DNA of 61,280 nt, filler included, from Perkinsus olseni (taxonomy: Eukaryota): assembly GCA_013115125.1 (NCBI GenBank). It is 2 parts of 2 records of this genome, joined end to end, with 100 filler letters (N's around TTAATTAATTAA, not from the genome) between each part and the next. Parts side by side here need not be neighbours in the genome. Positions count along the whole stretch, not along the records: positions 30,737 to 61,280 come from JABANN010000420.1; 1 more part is not named here. One strand, written 5' to 3'. Both the position numbers and the translations under genes were made by a program. This document shows, piece after piece, positions 59,642 through 61,280 of the stretch. How positions within the stretch are numbered: position 1 is the stretch's first letter; every line of letters begins with the position of its first letter. The notes under the pieces are model-generated. The model was given only the letters and a program-made list of their open reading frames with translations, was not told where the DNA came from and made no database searches.

Positions 59642-61280
59642 TGGACGACAACAATGAAATAGAAAATTAACGGGTATTTTAGACTGAGAAGAACTAATGC
59701 TTAATTAAGAGGTTCCGACCACTATACGACAAGAGAGCACTAGGAAAGGCCTAGGGAGTTCGTAAACATTGTTCTTAGGGAAGGCCGGAAGAACTCTAGC
59801 TCACCTACCACATCAACTACACAAGTGTAGCTAGAGGTGTCAGAAACGTTTGGTGGAACGAGTTAGGCCATCTCTCTTTCTGGCGCAAGCAAAGCGGTGG
59901 AATTTAGCAAAAACCCTCCCAGAATGTTGTTTCACCCCTTCCCAGCTTACTCTGATCTGCCAAATCTGCTCAATTCCGACTCGGCTGTTTTTGACAACAT
60001 TTTCAAAAATTTTCACGCCTTTATTTAGAGGCTGTGAAATTCACAGTGTGGATACTGTTTAGAAACCCAGCCATACCGCACGTCCCACGATTCGTATCAA
60101 TATCATCGTCCCTGCTCCCTGGTTGATAAGAAAATTTCTGGGAGAAATCTTCTTGACAGTGATGGCGAGACTACTGTCTGATCATCACACACCTGGCCCC
60201 CAGAAGACGCCAAAAATCCGGAGAAAAGAGCAAAAATTAGCTTTTCAAAGAGGTTAGTTTTTGAGGAGAACATCGTTGAGGGTACTGTGTTTGATTATTC
60301 GACGAGCTCAGAGATAGCCGTTCATGGCAATAATTTGTCGAATTTCTGTAGCGGTCGACGAGTTCGCGCGCGCCCTTGCTATTCAATTTCCGTCTCGGAC
60401 GACCTCACGCCTCGAGGCGGAGACTTCCCCATGCAGAACGTGCGCAAGCCTTATGATGACGAGTGGCATAATGTATGGAAGGTAATAACTCGGGCAATTT
60501 ACTTTTTTCACCATACCAACTTTCGCCCAATTTATGTATGAGGGAGTGCTGCGGAGGGAATTGGTAGTATCGGTAGCGGTAGGCCCTCAGCGGTATCTAT
60601 GTATGATTGATAGCCAATTTATAGTCAGTCATTCCAGTAATGCTGACTCCATCCTCAACTTAGTGAAGAGTAGGTCAAGTTACGCTATGGTTTCATCTTT
60701 ATCGAACGACTAGTGTAAAAGAACCTGCAGTCTCTTGATAGGGAAGGTTGCGAAGAAAAGGGCGGCGGAATAGAAGCCTTGCCCATAATTATCGATTCTG
60801 CCATCTATAAAACATAGTTAATGCAACGGCTTAGGTATACCTTGTTTTTGTAAGGAAGGCCAGCATCGATTGGCTACTCATCGCGTAGAACCGTTCTCCG
60901 CCCAATCATGGACTGATGCCCATATCGCGAGGCGGTGCCTACGACGCACGGTGGCGCCGAAAATCAAAGTGCCCCAAGAAAAAAAACTGATTAAAGATAT
61001 TTATGTGTAGGACTCGTACACAATTTTTCAAGGCCATATTCGCATGCTGTGGCTCACACTATCTGTCGAAAGTTTAACCCGTGATTTTGGCACTTCAGTG
61101 GGGTTTACACGGGGTAGGCGGCTCGAAATGCCCTTAGGGCCGCACGGATGGTCCGGCTTTTACGATCAAACCCAGCACTATTCGGGGCAGAGAAAGCGCT
61201 TTCGAATGGTGGTATTCGGCCTCGCTCATCACTCTTGAGTAGCTTCTACGGGGGTCCTTGTCAACAATTTAACCCCCGAA

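Noticed and set aside
59700-61280. AT-richer terminal region with short ORFs
   Set aside because: No supportable coding, RNA-gene or repeat signal. Treated as upstream or intergenic DNA.

Overview
Eukaryotic, intron-dense genomic DNA with many ~45-60 nt GT-AG introns. The gene content and style suggest an alveolate parasite of the Perkinsus type (inference, not verified). In order, the window holds: a decayed aspartic-protease-like relic; a ~8 kb degraded region that may be retroelement-derived; a secreted-type ORF frameshifted in its leader; a signal-peptide-bearing pseudokinase divergent from a Na+/Ca2+ exchanger; splicing factor 1 with two extra KH domains; three tandem DUF1624/HGSNAT-like acyltransferases; an intronless EEF1AKMT1/N6AMT2; six paralogous five-exon genes for small secreted Cys-rich proteins; a double-PZP plus PHD chromatin reader; a CNBP-like zinc-knuckle gene; a UVRAG/Atg14-like gene; and an FHA-RINGv-FHA gene. 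Three non-coding signals stand out. First, tRNA T-arm/B-box elements sit in short spliceosomal introns of three genes and one promoter. Second, about ten palindromes with a single-base centre occur, one of which frameshifts a gene leader. Third, a CGCGCGCCAC(A/G)AAAT motif clusters in the introns of one gene. Exon structures were reconstructed by eye, and several gene ends are approximate.
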